Sequence record: OR545507.1
Length of the DNA: 64,000 bases
Strand: one strand, 5' to 3'
The position numbers and the translations under genes were made by a program. Positions within the stretch are counted from its first letter, which is position 1. The number at the start of each line of letters is the position of its first letter. Below are positions 28,774-38,221 of this stretch, piece after piece. A model generated the notes under the pieces. That model saw only the letters and a list, made by a program, of their open reading frames with translations. It searched no databases and was not told the DNA's origin.

Positions 28774-29706
28774 TTAGAAATTTCCTTCAGCCACTTGGAA
28801 AACTTTCAACCCAAGTAGCTTACGCCACATGAATACAACTTGATCGCGGTCATCATATACCTTTTTAACATCGTAATGATCAACCACATTTTTCATGTAC
28901 AGGTCGAATTTTACAACATCATCAGGACGTTTATCATCGATATCTCGCATAAACAATGCATCGTAAGGAACACCCCAATTCTTAAGCCACTGTTCGGTAT
29001 CAGCACGACACCCTTCAGTACGCCCACTCATGACGATAATCTTGCGTTTATGAAAAACTGCTTCAGCGATAATAGACAAAATAACTTCTTCATCAGGTGT
29101 ATCCTGAAGAACAGTACTTTCATCGTAAGGATTACGACCCCATTTATGAGCAAGAGTTCCATCGATATCAACGATGATAGCAGCTTCGCGTGAATTACCA
29201 TAGTAACCAATGTGTAATGCCTTACTATAATAGTACGTATCTGCCATTGTGTCAATGATATCATCTTGTACTGAACGCTCACGCTGGAGGTTATATTTCT
29301 TACAAAGTTTTACGAACTCTTTAATCTTAAAGAATTCATGAACATCTGCACCACGGTCTTCATTAGGTACAAAATCATCATAGAAGTTCTTTTCTTTGTA
29401 ATCATAACCATTATCTTTAGCCCATACTTTCCAGAGATTACGGAAATGTTGTTTAAGGTTTGTATCGGATATGATGATGTTCCAACCATTCTCTGCTGCT
29501 GAATTTGCTGCACTGAACTGTAAATTAGTTACGTACTGCTCATTAGCATCGTTGAATTTGTAAGCATCATGTGACCCAGCCATAGATTCACGAATATCAT
29601 CACGGTTGATGTTGATAGTCTTGGATTTGGCATTTTTAATTTCTTGAACTGCCCATGTGGTTTTACCACACCCAGGTAATCCAACTGTTAGTGTAATAGT
29701 TGGCAT
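28774..29706 (-). CDS. pseT: polynucleotide 5'-kinase/3'-phosphatase
   Basis: GLPGCGKTT P-loop, NRDDIR, HAD motif DIDGTLA, SGR, DDR. Confidence 0.92.
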   Translation of the reverse strand: MPTITLTVGLPGCGKTTWAVQEIKNAKSKTININRDDIRESMAGSHDAYKFNDANEQYVTNLQFSAANSAAENGWNIIISDTNLKQHFRNLWKVWAKDNGYDYKEKNFYDDFVPNEDRGADVHEFFKIKEFVKLCKKYNLQRERSVQDDIIDTMADTYYYSKALHIGYYGNSREAAIIVDIDGTLAHKWGRNPYDESTVLQDTPDEEVILSIIAEAVFHKRKIIVMSGRTEGCRADTEQWLKNWGVPYDALFMRDIDDKRPDDVVKFDLYMKNVVDHYDVKKVYDDRDQVVFMWRKLLGLKVFQVAEGNF

Positions 29707-29718
29707 TATTACTCCTTG

Positions 29719-30033
29719 TTACTCAATGAATTCTACATCTTCGAGTTTGTGCCATCCTCTTGAAAGGTTTCTTGTTCCGTTATTGTATTCAGTGTATACA
29801 AAGCATTCACCATTTACTAAATTACCAATAGCAGTACGCGATACTTTAACATCAAGAATTATAGTACTGAACCATTCTCTGATTGTATGATCCCAGCATT
29901 TAACTTTACATCCAATCAATGTTTTCTTAAAATCGAAAACGTAATCTTCGACCATTGATTCGACAGATTCTATTAGTTCCTTTTCAATGTACTTTAACTT
30001 TTCGATCCTCTCAAATGCAAGTTCTTTATTCAT
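29719..30033 (-). CDS. small paralogue, family B
   Basis: KTLIGCKVKC. Confidence 0.6.
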   Translation of the reverse strand: MNKELAFERIEKLKYIEKELIESVESMVEDYVFDFKKTLIGCKVKCWDHTIREWFSTIILDVKVSRTAIGNLVNGECFVYTEYNNGTRNLSRGWHKLEDVEFIE

Positions 30034-30039
30034 ATGTCC

Positions 30040-30294
30040 TCAATTATCTAGAACATCCACTATCAAACAAGCTTCAATAACGAAACAATCATCTAATTCA
30101 AAGAGTAATTGATAGTCATCAGAAAACTTCACTTTAGTAATGTAAGCACTTTCAATTCCACCACTATGATAAGAACTATATAAAATACATTTACCTGTAT
30201 ATTCCTTACGGATACGACTAAATTCTTCATATAAATGAGTAATAAACGTATCCGCAGTTTTGTTGTAGTATTTTAGGTCACTTACTGTGCTCAT
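30040..30294 (-). CDS. small paralogue, family B
   Basis: KEYTGKCILY. Confidence 0.6.
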   Translation of the reverse strand: MSTVSDLKYYNKTADTFITHLYEEFSRIRKEYTGKCILYSSYHSGGIESAYITKVKFSDDYQLLFELDDCFVIEACLIVDVLDN

Positions 30295-30508
30295 TAACTT
30301 TTCCTACTCCAAATCGTTTGGAGATTTTCACAAGTACAGATTCATCACAACGAATACTAGCAGTATCATTGGATGAACTGTACTTTAATGGGGTCCACTG
30401 TAATTGAGATTCTTCTAGGAACTTGATACATCTGAAGTAATCTTTCAGAGAAAGAAATTTAACTACTGACATATCCTGAACAATACTATGCTGAACTTCA
30501 ACTTTCAT
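30278..30508 (-). CDS. hypothetical protein
   Basis: ORF track, GGAG RBS. Confidence 0.6.
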   Translation of the reverse strand: MKVEVQHSIVQDMSVVKFLSLKDYFRCIKFLEESQLQWTPLKYSSSNDTASIRCDESVLVKISKRFGVGKVNEHSK

Positions 30509-30517
30509 ATGAACTCC

Positions 30518-30775
30518 TTATAGTGGATCAAATTTATTTTCACGTTTCGATGTATAGCGAGTTACATCATGTATTCTCGGCTTAACACCTTTTGGTTTCC
30601 TTTTCTTCTTGTATTCAGTACTACTACATCCGAAGGTATTCTCGATTCGTTTCTTACTTATCTTCACACCTTTCATTGAGCGTTTGTGCTGTAATTCATC
30701 GATTTCTTCTTGTATTTTCCTGAACTCAGTCGGAGAAAGGGAACCGTCATTTTTATACTTAGGTTTAGCCATCAC
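30518..30775 (-). CDS. small basic protein
   Basis: ORF track, AGGAG RBS. Confidence 0.6.
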   Translation of the reverse strand: MMAKPKYKNDGSLSPTEFRKIQEEIDELQHKRSMKGVKISKKRIENTFGCSSTEYKKKRKPKGVKPRIHDVTRYTSKRENKFDPL

Positions 30776-30802
30776 TTCTCCTTGTGCTTAGGCTAGATAG
30801 TA

Positions 30803-31945
30803 CTAAAAATCCTTTAGTACAATTTTCATGTATTTTATAAGAGTCTCTTTGTAATCAACTTTCTTATTGTTATACATTGCAAAGGCCAAGCCCTGACGAT
30901 TCAGTTCATTAGTTAAACACTCCTGAACCTTCATTGCGAATTCCTTTCGCTCCAAGTGCTTGTGTTCCTTGACGAAGCTTTCTACTTCATCTTGTAATGC
31001 ATTATAGCACGAAAATACCAATTGTTCCATTCTTAATATCTTTTGCATAGCATATTCATCAGTACTGAACAATTGTTTTAAATCATCACTTGAACCATTT
31101 AATACTGCTTCATATAAATGAGAATCAATAATAATACTATCTTTTGTAAGATGTAATGAACTGTACCAGTCAGTCTTTATTTTACACATTGTCCCATTAT
31201 TTAGGATGCACACAAAACCCTCAATATCAAGCATTTTATGAACTTCCTCCACGCTTTCACGGAAGGTATTTCGTACCGGAAAAGTGTGATGAATATCTTT
31301 TCCAGTCATATTAGTACTGTACTGTGCAAGACATGGAAACTTATCACGTAGTGCTTTACCACATAGCAACTCACCACTCACACGATGACGAACGTTCAGT
31401 ACAAACAGTTGTTCTACCTGATATGGTAATACAATTCGGTACTCTGGGCTTGTATACTCCATATTAACTGTGTAACCTAAACGTTCCGCTTCGTCGATGT
31501 ACTGATACAAATTCTGGTTCTCGTTAATAAGTCGAGTACTGTTAATCGCATGGTCAGAATACAATGCAGTATGTGATTTACAACGAATCTCACCATCATT
31601 ATCACGGTAAGTACTGATAATCGAACCATCCAACTTAGGCATCACTACCGCAATGTCATCGCATGTGGTGTTAGCAGGGAACATTGTAGCAGGATTCTCG
31701 TAAGCATTGAAGAACTTTTTCATTGTACGTGCTGCACAACGTATCATTTCACCTTCTTCATCAATTTCCCACATAGAGCCACGGGTTTCCAACGCATTTG
31801 GTTGCATGAAATCAGTGTATGATGCTAGACGATAACTGAATACACGATACGTGCCACCAGCAGGACTTTTATGATCCACATAAAAGAATGCATCGTTTGT
31901 ATTACATAAGTGCATTAAATCTTCATATATTTGCAAAAGGGTCAT
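30803..31945 (-). CDS. rnlA: RNA ligase 1 (T4 Rnl1-like)
   Basis: ETRG, KKFFN, KLDGS adenylation motif, EGFV, KIKT. Confidence 0.9.
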   Translation of the reverse strand: MTLLQIYEDLMHLCNTNDAFFYVDHKSPAGGTYRVFSYRLASYTDFMQPNALETRGSMWEIDEEGEMIRCAARTMKKFFNAYENPATMFPANTTCDDIAVVMPKLDGSIISTYRDNDGEIRCKSHTALYSDHAINSTRLINENQNLYQYIDEAERLGYTVNMEYTSPEYRIVLPYQVEQLFVLNVRHRVSGELLCGKALRDKFPCLAQYSTNMTGKDIHHTFPVRNTFRESVEEVHKMLDIEGFVCILNNGTMCKIKTDWYSSLHLTKDSIIIDSHLYEAVLNGSSDDLKQLFSTDEYAMQKILRMEQLVFSCYNALQDEVESFVKEHKHLERKEFAMKVQECLTNELNRQGLAFAMYNNKKVDYKETLIKYMKIVLKDF

Positions 31946-32250
31946 TTTATTACCTCTATATCTACATCAGTTCCATAATATGATATTAATCCATCATCAG
32001 ATTCACACTGAATAGACAACTCAGATTCATAGTATGTTACTTTATTCACTGTTAGTACTTGTTCTTCAATTACTCCAGAAAAATAATTCATCTCACGTAC
32101 ACGAACTTTAGTTCCTTTAGGTAGTTCATCTGAGATTTTTCGAACAAGATCATAAGCAGCCTGTTCAAGTGTGTACAGTAATTGTAATCTATCTTGAATA
32201 TTCATATTATTTCCACCAACTGGTATCACGTCCATTAGACAAAGATTCAT
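31942..32250 (-). CDS. small paralogue, family B
   Basis: ELPKGTKVRV; true start probably MNIQD. Confidence 0.55.
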   Translation of the reverse strand: MNLCLMDVIPVGGNNMNIQDRLQLLYTLEQAAYDLVRKISDELPKGTKVRVREMNYFSGVIEEQVLTVNKVTYYESELSIQCESDDGLISYYGTDVDIEVIK

Positions 32251-32896
32251 TGTACTGATGCCTAAAATTAGTTTTTGGATTATTGTTCATAGTACTAATA
32301 AAATCAAATTTAACATTCTCTTGAATATATTTTTTAACACTATCTTTAAATTTAATAGTACTGAAGTCTAAATCTAGATGTTCATACAATACCGGATGAC
32401 AAAACTCATGTGTACGCAACGCTGGCATGGTATCCTTAATGTATTGCACAGTGTTAATCATTGCATTGTATTCCGGCATAGCACGCATCATCATTAGCTG
32501 AAAGTGTTCTTCCTCTGACATTGACTCATCCAAATCAATAACGACTTCATCATTTTTAGAGTCATAAACTTTAATGGTACTCTTGGTTGGATCAAGCATA
32601 GCCCACTCTGGATACAGGCATGTTTTCCAAAAAGGATTATTGCACTGAAACATACTAATGAGATTTTGATCTTTATCAAAAATAGCAAATCCAAGATCCG
32701 AACTTGGTTGTACTTCACATACACAAATATCGTAAGACGAGTCTTCAGTACTGAGTGAACCAACTACATTTGATATATGTGAATATGGAGTTTCTCTTGA
32801 CTCCAACTGAAATGTACTTTCAATTCGATTGATTTGTGGATGTAATGTAATTACACCCCTTAGTACATATAAAATTCTATCTAAATCTTTAATCAA
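32207..32896 (-). CDS. hypothetical protein with FQ module (family A outlier)
   Basis: SEEEHFQLMMM. Confidence 0.65.
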   Translation of the reverse strand: MIKDLDRILYVLRGVITLHPQINRIESTFQLESRETPYSHISNVVGSLSTEDSSYDICVCEVQPSSDLGFAIFDKDQNLISMFQCNNPFWKTCLYPEWAMLDPTKSTIKVYDSKNDEVVIDLDESMSEEEHFQLMMMRAMPEYNAMINTVQYIKDTMPALRTHEFCHPVLYEHLDLDFSTIKFKDSVKKYIQENVKFDFISTMNNNPKTNFRHQYNESLSNGRDTSWWK

Positions 32897-33471
32897 AATT
32901 CTATCCCCGTATCAGTTAATTTCGTTCCGTCCATGTACTTAACAGTTATTTCAATGCGTCGATCAGTACTCAATTTTTGAAGATCATTGTAGTACAATTT
33001 AAATTCTTCAAAGAACTCAAGTGGTGGAATATCGTATAAAGTACTAATCTGGAAGTGCTCAGGTAATCCAAATTCCAATATATCAATCTTAGGCATAAGT
33101 CCATCGGCTGCTGCACCTTCTGGAGTACTGCTATCTGCTACATAAAACATAGAATTACCATGACGCTGGATAACGAATATGCAATCATCTTCACTTACAT
33201 AAATCATATTTCCAAGGTATGGATCGTTATCACACCAATTATCATGGACGAGTTGTTCAACTTGAAGTAAATCTTTTATAATTCCCTGACCACTATCGTC
33301 AACTAGAATATGTAAACCAGAACAATCTTTGCTCAACCAGCGGTATCTTGCATCACATCCTGATTCCATAAATGGATATTTTGAAAAATCCATATCAGTA
33401 CCATTATAAAACCAATCGTACCACTCATTACGCATACTAATCAGCTTAGTACTTAATTCTAATACATTCAT
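32893..33471 (-). CDS. hypothetical protein with FQ module (family A outlier)
   Basis: PEHFQISTLYD. Confidence 0.65.
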   Translation of the reverse strand: MNVLELSTKLISMRNEWYDWFYNGTDMDFSKYPFMESGCDARYRWLSKDCSGLHILVDDSGQGIIKDLLQVEQLVHDNWCDNDPYLGNMIYVSEDDCIFVIQRHGNSMFYVADSSTPEGAAADGLMPKIDILEFGLPEHFQISTLYDIPPLEFFEEFKLYYNDLQKLSTDRRIEITVKYMDGTKLTDTGIEF

Positions 33472-33478
33472 TTTAGTT

Positions 33479-33781
33479 TTATCCTCTTAATTTAATAGTA
33501 CTGGCTGGATATTCTACAAAAGTATTATCTGGTAATCCTATACAGTAATAAGGTAAATACCCCATCTTTATATTAATACCAATTAAAATTCCTGTTTTAT
33601 ATGAAGTATTAATTCCATAGTAATCGTCTATATCAACAGCAAGTCCATATAATGATATGTTACAATCCTTGATGTATCGGTCAAACATTTTATACATTGA
33701 TGGATATAAAGTTCCATTGGATTGTCTCACCAAATCAGCCAACATTTTGATAGTACTGTTAATTAAATCTATACTGAACAT
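33479..33781 (-). CDS. hypothetical protein
   Basis: ORF track. Confidence 0.55.
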   Translation of the reverse strand: MFSIDLINSTIKMLADLVRQSNGTLYPSMYKMFDRYIKDCNISLYGLAVDIDDYYGINTSYKTGILIGINIKMGYLPYYCIGLPDNTFVEYPASTIKLRG

Positions 33782-33825
33782 CTTTGTACCTGCGAAAAAA
33801 GACCAGCAAACGCTGGCCTAAGAAT

Positions 33826-34107
33826 TTAAATTATTTCATAAAGACAATATACACCATCAACGCCAGCATCAGGAAAATCAACATAGAAATTCACACTAAC
33901 AGTGTCGTAATCTATATCAGTGATTCGTCCGGTTTTACCTACACTTTTTACAAATATATCAGACCCAAGATACACAAACTCGAACTCGTCAGCATACTCT
34001 TTTATGATATCTGCGAACCTACAACCACACCTAGGTTCTGTGTTAATAATTTCAAGATATAATGTAATATATTGTTCGTATGTCCATGTGTGTAGATAAA
34101 AATCCAT
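33826..34107 (-). CDS. hypothetical protein
   Basis: ORF track. Confidence 0.55.
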   Translation of the reverse strand: MDFYLHTWTYEQYITLYLEIINTEPRCGCRFADIIKEYADEFEFVYLGSDIFVKSVGKTGRITDIDYDTVSVNFYVDFPDAGVDGVYCLYEII

Positions 34108-34117
34108 AGAAGTTTCC

Positions 34118-34855
34118 TTAGAAATATATCATACCCATCAATTCAGAATCGGCGGGGCGAGTATAACCTTGCTTCTTAACTTTAAAATAGAATGATTCAT
34201 GCTCTTCTAAATTATAACGTTTTTTCAAGCAACGAGTGTATGTCTGACAATTTGGGTGAACCCATTCATAAATGTGAATGCCATTTTCGTCATAACCATT
34301 TATACTACAACGATTTCCTTCATGCTTCATGAAGTTTTTACTTTTTTCAGTAAATTCTTTCACTGTAGTTGTATATGGGGATTTGTATTCAAAAGGAACT
34401 TCAGTCATACGAAAATAATAGTATTCTTCGTCTTCATCATATCCCAAGAGCACTGTGTTAGTTTCACGTACATTGTAATGATTCTTACTTTTTAATTCAT
34501 TTTCGTATATATCTTTCAGTACTTCTGCAAAAACTTCCTCGCTTGATGCATTAGGATTAGATACACCTGATACTCGGCGTTCAATAATAAAATCAGTGAA
34601 TTTACGGTCTTCGGCAATATCTTCGTTCATATAAAGACTAACAAACTTATCCTTATATGTCTTTACACTATATTGCTTACTTTGCACTTCACTATAAACA
34701 TCTGCTAACATATTCTCCTGACCACACTGCACACCACTTACAGAATAAGCACATGCATGTTCAGCCATTACTGATGTTAACATTTGGAAATTTGCCATGT
34801 TTAATTCATTCGCCATCTCTGTAGCGAAACGGATACGGTCAAGCATTTCACACAC
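34118..34855 (-). CDS. hypothetical protein
   Basis: 245-aa ORF, AGGAG RBS. Confidence 0.7.
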   Translation of the reverse strand: MCEMLDRIRFATEMANELNMANFQMLTSVMAEHACAYSVSGVQCGQENMLADVYSEVQSKQYSVKTYKDKFVSLYMNEDIAEDRKFTDFIIERRVSGVSNPNASSEEVFAEVLKDIYENELKSKNHYNVRETNTVLLGYDEDEEYYYFRMTEVPFEYKSPYTTTVKEFTEKSKNFMKHEGNRCSINGYDENGIHIYEWVHPNCQTYTRCLKKRYNLEEHESFYFKVKKQGYTRPADSELMGMIYF

Positions 34856-34886
34856 TCCTTGTGTTAATTATTGTTCCTTACCCATT

Positions 34887-34914
34887 ATTATATCATGAAT
34901 TAAACTATTGTCCC
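34887..34914 (-). promoter_or_regulatory. extended -10 promoter
   Basis: GGGACA-16-TATAAT with TG. Confidence 0.5.
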
Positions 34915-35201
34915 TGTTTATAGCAATAAAGATTCTCTAATTTAAAATCTACTAGATCACATTCAGAACGTACTCGATTCTTGTTCCAGAATAAAATACG
35001 AATCCTTTCATAATCACGATAAACACTAATAATGCTTCTGTGCTTGGATTTGTAGTAATCCTGTACTATCCCCAGATACACAGTCCTCAATAAAGACTTA
35101 GTTGGATAGGGCATATTCTGTGCTGACGTGATATCGTAAATCATCTTCATTGTTTCAGCAACAAGTACTTCATTTGTTCTCATTGTAATCCTTACATACA
35201 C
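34905..35201 (-). CDS. hypothetical protein
   Basis: ORF track; true start probably MRTNE. Confidence 0.55.
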   Translation of the reverse strand: MYVRITMRTNEVLVAETMKMIYDITSAQNMPYPTKSLLRTVYLGIVQDYYKSKHRSIISVYRDYERIRILFWNKNRVRSECDLVDFKLENLYCYKQGQ

Positions 35202-35342
35202 TATGTAAAGTAAATCCTAATCCAACACCGACAAATGGAAATAGTAAATTGATATACCAAGTATTAATTGATGAAAGTAAACAAATCCCACATACTGTCA
35301 GTACTGCCAATGAAAAAAGACTCCAGATAAAAAATACTGCTC

Positions 35343-35633
35343 TCATAAAAATGTTACCTCATCAAATGAAAAGTTTAAGTACGTTGTTGAATCTTGGTCT
35401 AAAGTATGAATAGTAATATGACCATTGAAATAAAAAGAAACATCAACTATTTGAAGTTTTGGGTATTTTCTAGTACTGAAATACCTTCCTACTACTAAGT
35501 CAGAAAACATATTTCTGTATTCTTGTGTTACGTTTTTGTATAGGTTATGTAGAGCACTTTCTTGTGAATCGAAAGTAATGGAATAATCTTTCACCAATAT
35601 AGCATATGTTTTCTGCATTAAAATGATATTCAT
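35343..35633 (-). CDS. small paralogue, family B
   Basis: QKTYAILV ... DLVVGRYF ... FYFNGHITI. Confidence 0.6.
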   Translation of the reverse strand: MNIILMQKTYAILVKDYSITFDSQESALHNLYKNVTQEYRNMFSDLVVGRYFSTRKYPKLQIVDVSFYFNGHITIHTLDQDSTTYLNFSFDEVTFL

Positions 35634-35893
35634 AAATCTCCTAATATCTCAAAAATTATTGATATTGGGTATACTGGGTTATCAGATGAAGTAACACATA
35701 CTATTAGTACGTTTTTTCCAGGTGCTACATCCTTTACCGTGAAATTAATATTATTAAGAATCAGTGATTTACCAATATAATGCTCTTTCAATAATTCAAC
35801 AAAATAATCCAGTACTGGATTATCTGCACTATATGATAACTCAGTACTTGATATCATTTTATATGTATGAACTATTAGTTCAGCTTTAGTCAT
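35630..35893 (-). CDS. small paralogue, family B
   Basis: Start MTKAEL overlaps the stop of 35886..36086; EHYIGKSLIL. Confidence 0.6.
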   Translation of the reverse strand: MTKAELIVHTYKMISSTELSYSADNPVLDYFVELLKEHYIGKSLILNNINFTVKDVAPGKNVLIVCVTSSDNPVYPISIIFEILGDL

Positions 35894-36086
35894 GAACACG
35901 CTCACAATTAAGGCAATAAATGCACTCAATGTCAGGTCGCCATGATTTATCAAAATCTTTGTGTTGTTCTTCGGTGTATTCCGCATCATCATTAATAGGG
36001 AAGAAATCACCAGCACCAGTCGCCCAGTCTGAATCTAAACGGAAACGAGCTAATTGAGTACTGTTACAATATGGACATTTATTCAA
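35886..36086 (-). CDS. small zinc-ribbon protein
   Basis: CPYC and CLNC pairs. Confidence 0.65.
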   Translation of the reverse strand: MNKCPYCNSTQLARFRLDSDWATGAGDFFPINDDAEYTEEQHKDFDKSWRPDIECIYCLNCERVHD

Positions 36087-36363
36087 AATTTATTCCTTCT
36101 AACTGATATACGTTTAATGAAAATGACCCACTATTATTATCGCATCTGAAACACAGTGTTAAAGAACCATTAAAACTAACTACATCCGTACAGATACATT
36201 TTTCACCATTGGATATGATAGATTTTCCTATATATAAATCTCTTACTATAGTACGGTAATGTTGCCATAAAAAATAATACACACTTTCATAGTACTCATC
36301 TTTTACATATGATAAGTATAAGAATTTATAAAATACTTGTATTTCCTTTAAGTTGTTTTTCAT
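36079..36363 (-). CDS. small paralogue, family B (TYK subgroup)
   Basis: IQVFYKFLY ... DLYIGKSII ... VVSFNGSLTL. Confidence 0.65.
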   Translation of the reverse strand: MKNNLKEIQVFYKFLYLSYVKDEYYESVYYFLWQHYRTIVRDLYIGKSIISNGEKCICTDVVSFNGSLTLCFRCDNNSGSFSLNVYQLEGINFE

Positions 36364-36637
36364 TCTTCAATTCCAGTAAATTTACACCAATCCAATCAAC
36401 ATCACTATCAGTACTTAATTCCAATCGTAGCTTACCGCTATGACTAACAATATCGCGGAATTTGTATATTTTATTATCACGAACTATACACAAATCATGG
36501 TAATATTCATGTAATTCATCCAAAAACTTTATCCATACCGAACGATAGATTTCACTGTAGAGATATTCTCCAGCATCAACCGTAGCGTATTGGATATACA
36601 AAAATTTGTATGTGAATTGTATATCATTTAATAACAT
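36326..36637 (-). CDS. small paralogue, family B (TYK subgroup)
   Basis: LNDIQFTYKFLY ... IVSHSGKLRL. Confidence 0.65.
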   Translation of the reverse strand: MLLNDIQFTYKFLYIQYATVDAGEYLYSEIYRSVWIKFLDELHEYYHDLCIVRDNKIYKFRDIVSHSGKLRLELSTDSDVDWIGVNLLELKNEKQLKGNTSIL

Positions 36638-36647
36638 ATGTAACCTC

Positions 36648-36959
36648 TTATAAATTCACCAACTTCACAACTTTAATCTCGATAAATCCCCTATCGGTTA
36701 TTTCCTGAAATTGAACATGGATTATACCATTATATGATTGCACACCATAGAAATCGAATTTATCATTTCCATCGATAAAAGTACTGTAATTCTTTTTTAT
36801 ATATTCACCTACTGAATCTAAGTACTCAATATATAAATCAATAAATGGTTGTTCTTTGGATCGGTTATGTGAACCTATGTTGTTACTAACAAGGTATACA
36901 TCATACAAATCATATAGGATCTTATAAGTGAATTGTATATCATTTAAATTTAATCCCAA
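36648..36959 (-). CDS. small paralogue, family B (TYK subgroup)
   Basis: LNDIQFTYKILY ... VQSYNGIIHV. Confidence 0.65.
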   Translation of the reverse strand: MGLNLNDIQFTYKILYDLYDVYLVSNNIGSHNRSKEQPFIDLYIEYLDSVGEYIKKNYSTFIDGNDKFDFYGVQSYNGIIHVQFQEITDRGFIEIKVVKLVNL

Positions 36960-37216
36960 GGGAATATCTCCAACGGAATACTGGTAAATCCAAAATCAGT
37001 GTAGTACTGAACCTCAACTTTACCATCACGTCTAATGATTATATCAGAAAATTCTGCATGGTCATCACCAATAATAACAGTACTGAATTTTTTTTTAATC
37101 TTACCACGAATCGTATGAATCATTTCAGTGCATGTGTCTTCTAGACTAGGGCTATCATTGTCGTGTGCTAAATCTCGAATAATCTTGTATGTTAGTAGGA
37201 AATCTTTATAATTCAT
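36950..37216 (-). CDS. small paralogue, family B (TYK subgroup)
   Basis: MNYKDFLLTYKII ... IIRRDGKVEV. Confidence 0.65.
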   Translation of the reverse strand: MNYKDFLLTYKIIRDLAHDNDSPSLEDTCTEMIHTIRGKIKKKFSTVIIGDDHAEFSDIIIRRDGKVEVQYYTDFGFTSIPLEIFPWD

Positions 37217-37488
37217 ATGTCCACCAAATCTATACTATATCTTTCATTAGTATTACTATCTATAAATGATAGTACTAATTTACCACCAAAACTATTAACT
37301 TGTTCTATCTTCTGTTTTTTACCACGAATGATTATCTCACTATTAACAAAATATTCACGTATCATTATTAAGTGATTAATCCAGATAGTATGAGTGAATG
37401 TGTTTTCTCGTATTGTATTGAGATATCTTCCATTGTGATGTAAATCAAACAAAACACTGTATGTATATTGTAGAACTTTATAATTCAT
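37213..37488 (-). CDS. small paralogue, family B (TYK subgroup)
   Basis: MNYKVLQYTYSVL ... VNSFGGKLVL. Confidence 0.65.
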   Translation of the reverse strand: MNYKVLQYTYSVLFDLHHNGRYLNTIRENTFTHTIWINHLIMIREYFVNSEIIIRGKKQKIEQVNSFGGKLVLSFIDSNTNERYSIDLVDI

Positions 37489-37500
37489 ATATCCCCTTAC

Positions 37501-37529
37501 AAAAATAGCCCGAACTTATGTCGGGCTAT
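37501..37529 (-). terminator. rho-independent terminator
   Basis: ATAGCCCGA-n7-TCGGGCTAT plus T-run. Confidence 0.8.
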
Positions 37530-37534
37530 GTACA

Positions 37535-38221
37535 TTATTCATCGTCGTCATCGTCATCTAGATCGATATAGATACTATCATCACCATCATCAAAGTACTC
37601 CACAATAACTCCTGGAATATTAAGGGCAGTAAACATTGCATCATATTTCTCATCAGATGGAATCAAAACAAATTCGTCAATGTTTTGAACTTCTGGCATT
37701 TTATCTTCGGGGATACCCATATCAACAAGTGACTGAATAATCTTTTCTTTGAATTCTAAAAACTTCTCTTCAGATTCAAAATCCATAATAAGCTGTGCAA
37801 CATATCCTTCATCGTTACCGAATGAAATTGACATTTGTGCATCAGTACCGACATAGCACCAAACACGTTTACCTGTGTGCTGCTCAATAAAGTTTTGAAT
37901 CTGTAACACAATGTCATGGCGAGAACTGTTAGCAATGTTGTTAAGATTTTCTACACCAGCATTAATTCCAGTACTGTCATTTGTTTCTTCAAATTCACCA
38001 TAATCACCCAATACATACTGTACACCTTCATGATGTAATGCATATGCATAGTCAAGGTCAGCGAGTGAATCGCACTTTCCACGGATCGGACGTAGGGAAA
38101 GACCTAAGCGAAGATAACGGAAGTATGTATTAGTATTTGTATTTGTCAACGTAATGCTCCTTAACAATATAAAAGTAGTTGCTGTTATTGTCAAAAAAGA
38201 TAACCATCCCTTTATAGACAT
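37535..38221 (-). CDS. acidic hypothetical protein (start uncertain)
   Basis: Long ORF with a poly-Asp tail; 5' end overlaps 38130..38429. Confidence 0.6.
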   Translation of the reverse strand: MSIKGWLSFLTITATTFILLRSITLTNTNTNTYFRYLRLGLSLRPIRGKCDSLADLDYAYALHHEGVQYVLGDYGEFEETNDSTGINAGVENLNNIANSSRHDIVLQIQNFIEQHTGKRVWCYVGTDAQMSISFGNDEGYVAQLIMDFESEEKFLEFKEKIIQSLVDMGIPEDKMPEVQNIDEFVLIPSDEKYDAMFTALNIPGVIVEYFDDGDDSIYIDLDDDDDDE

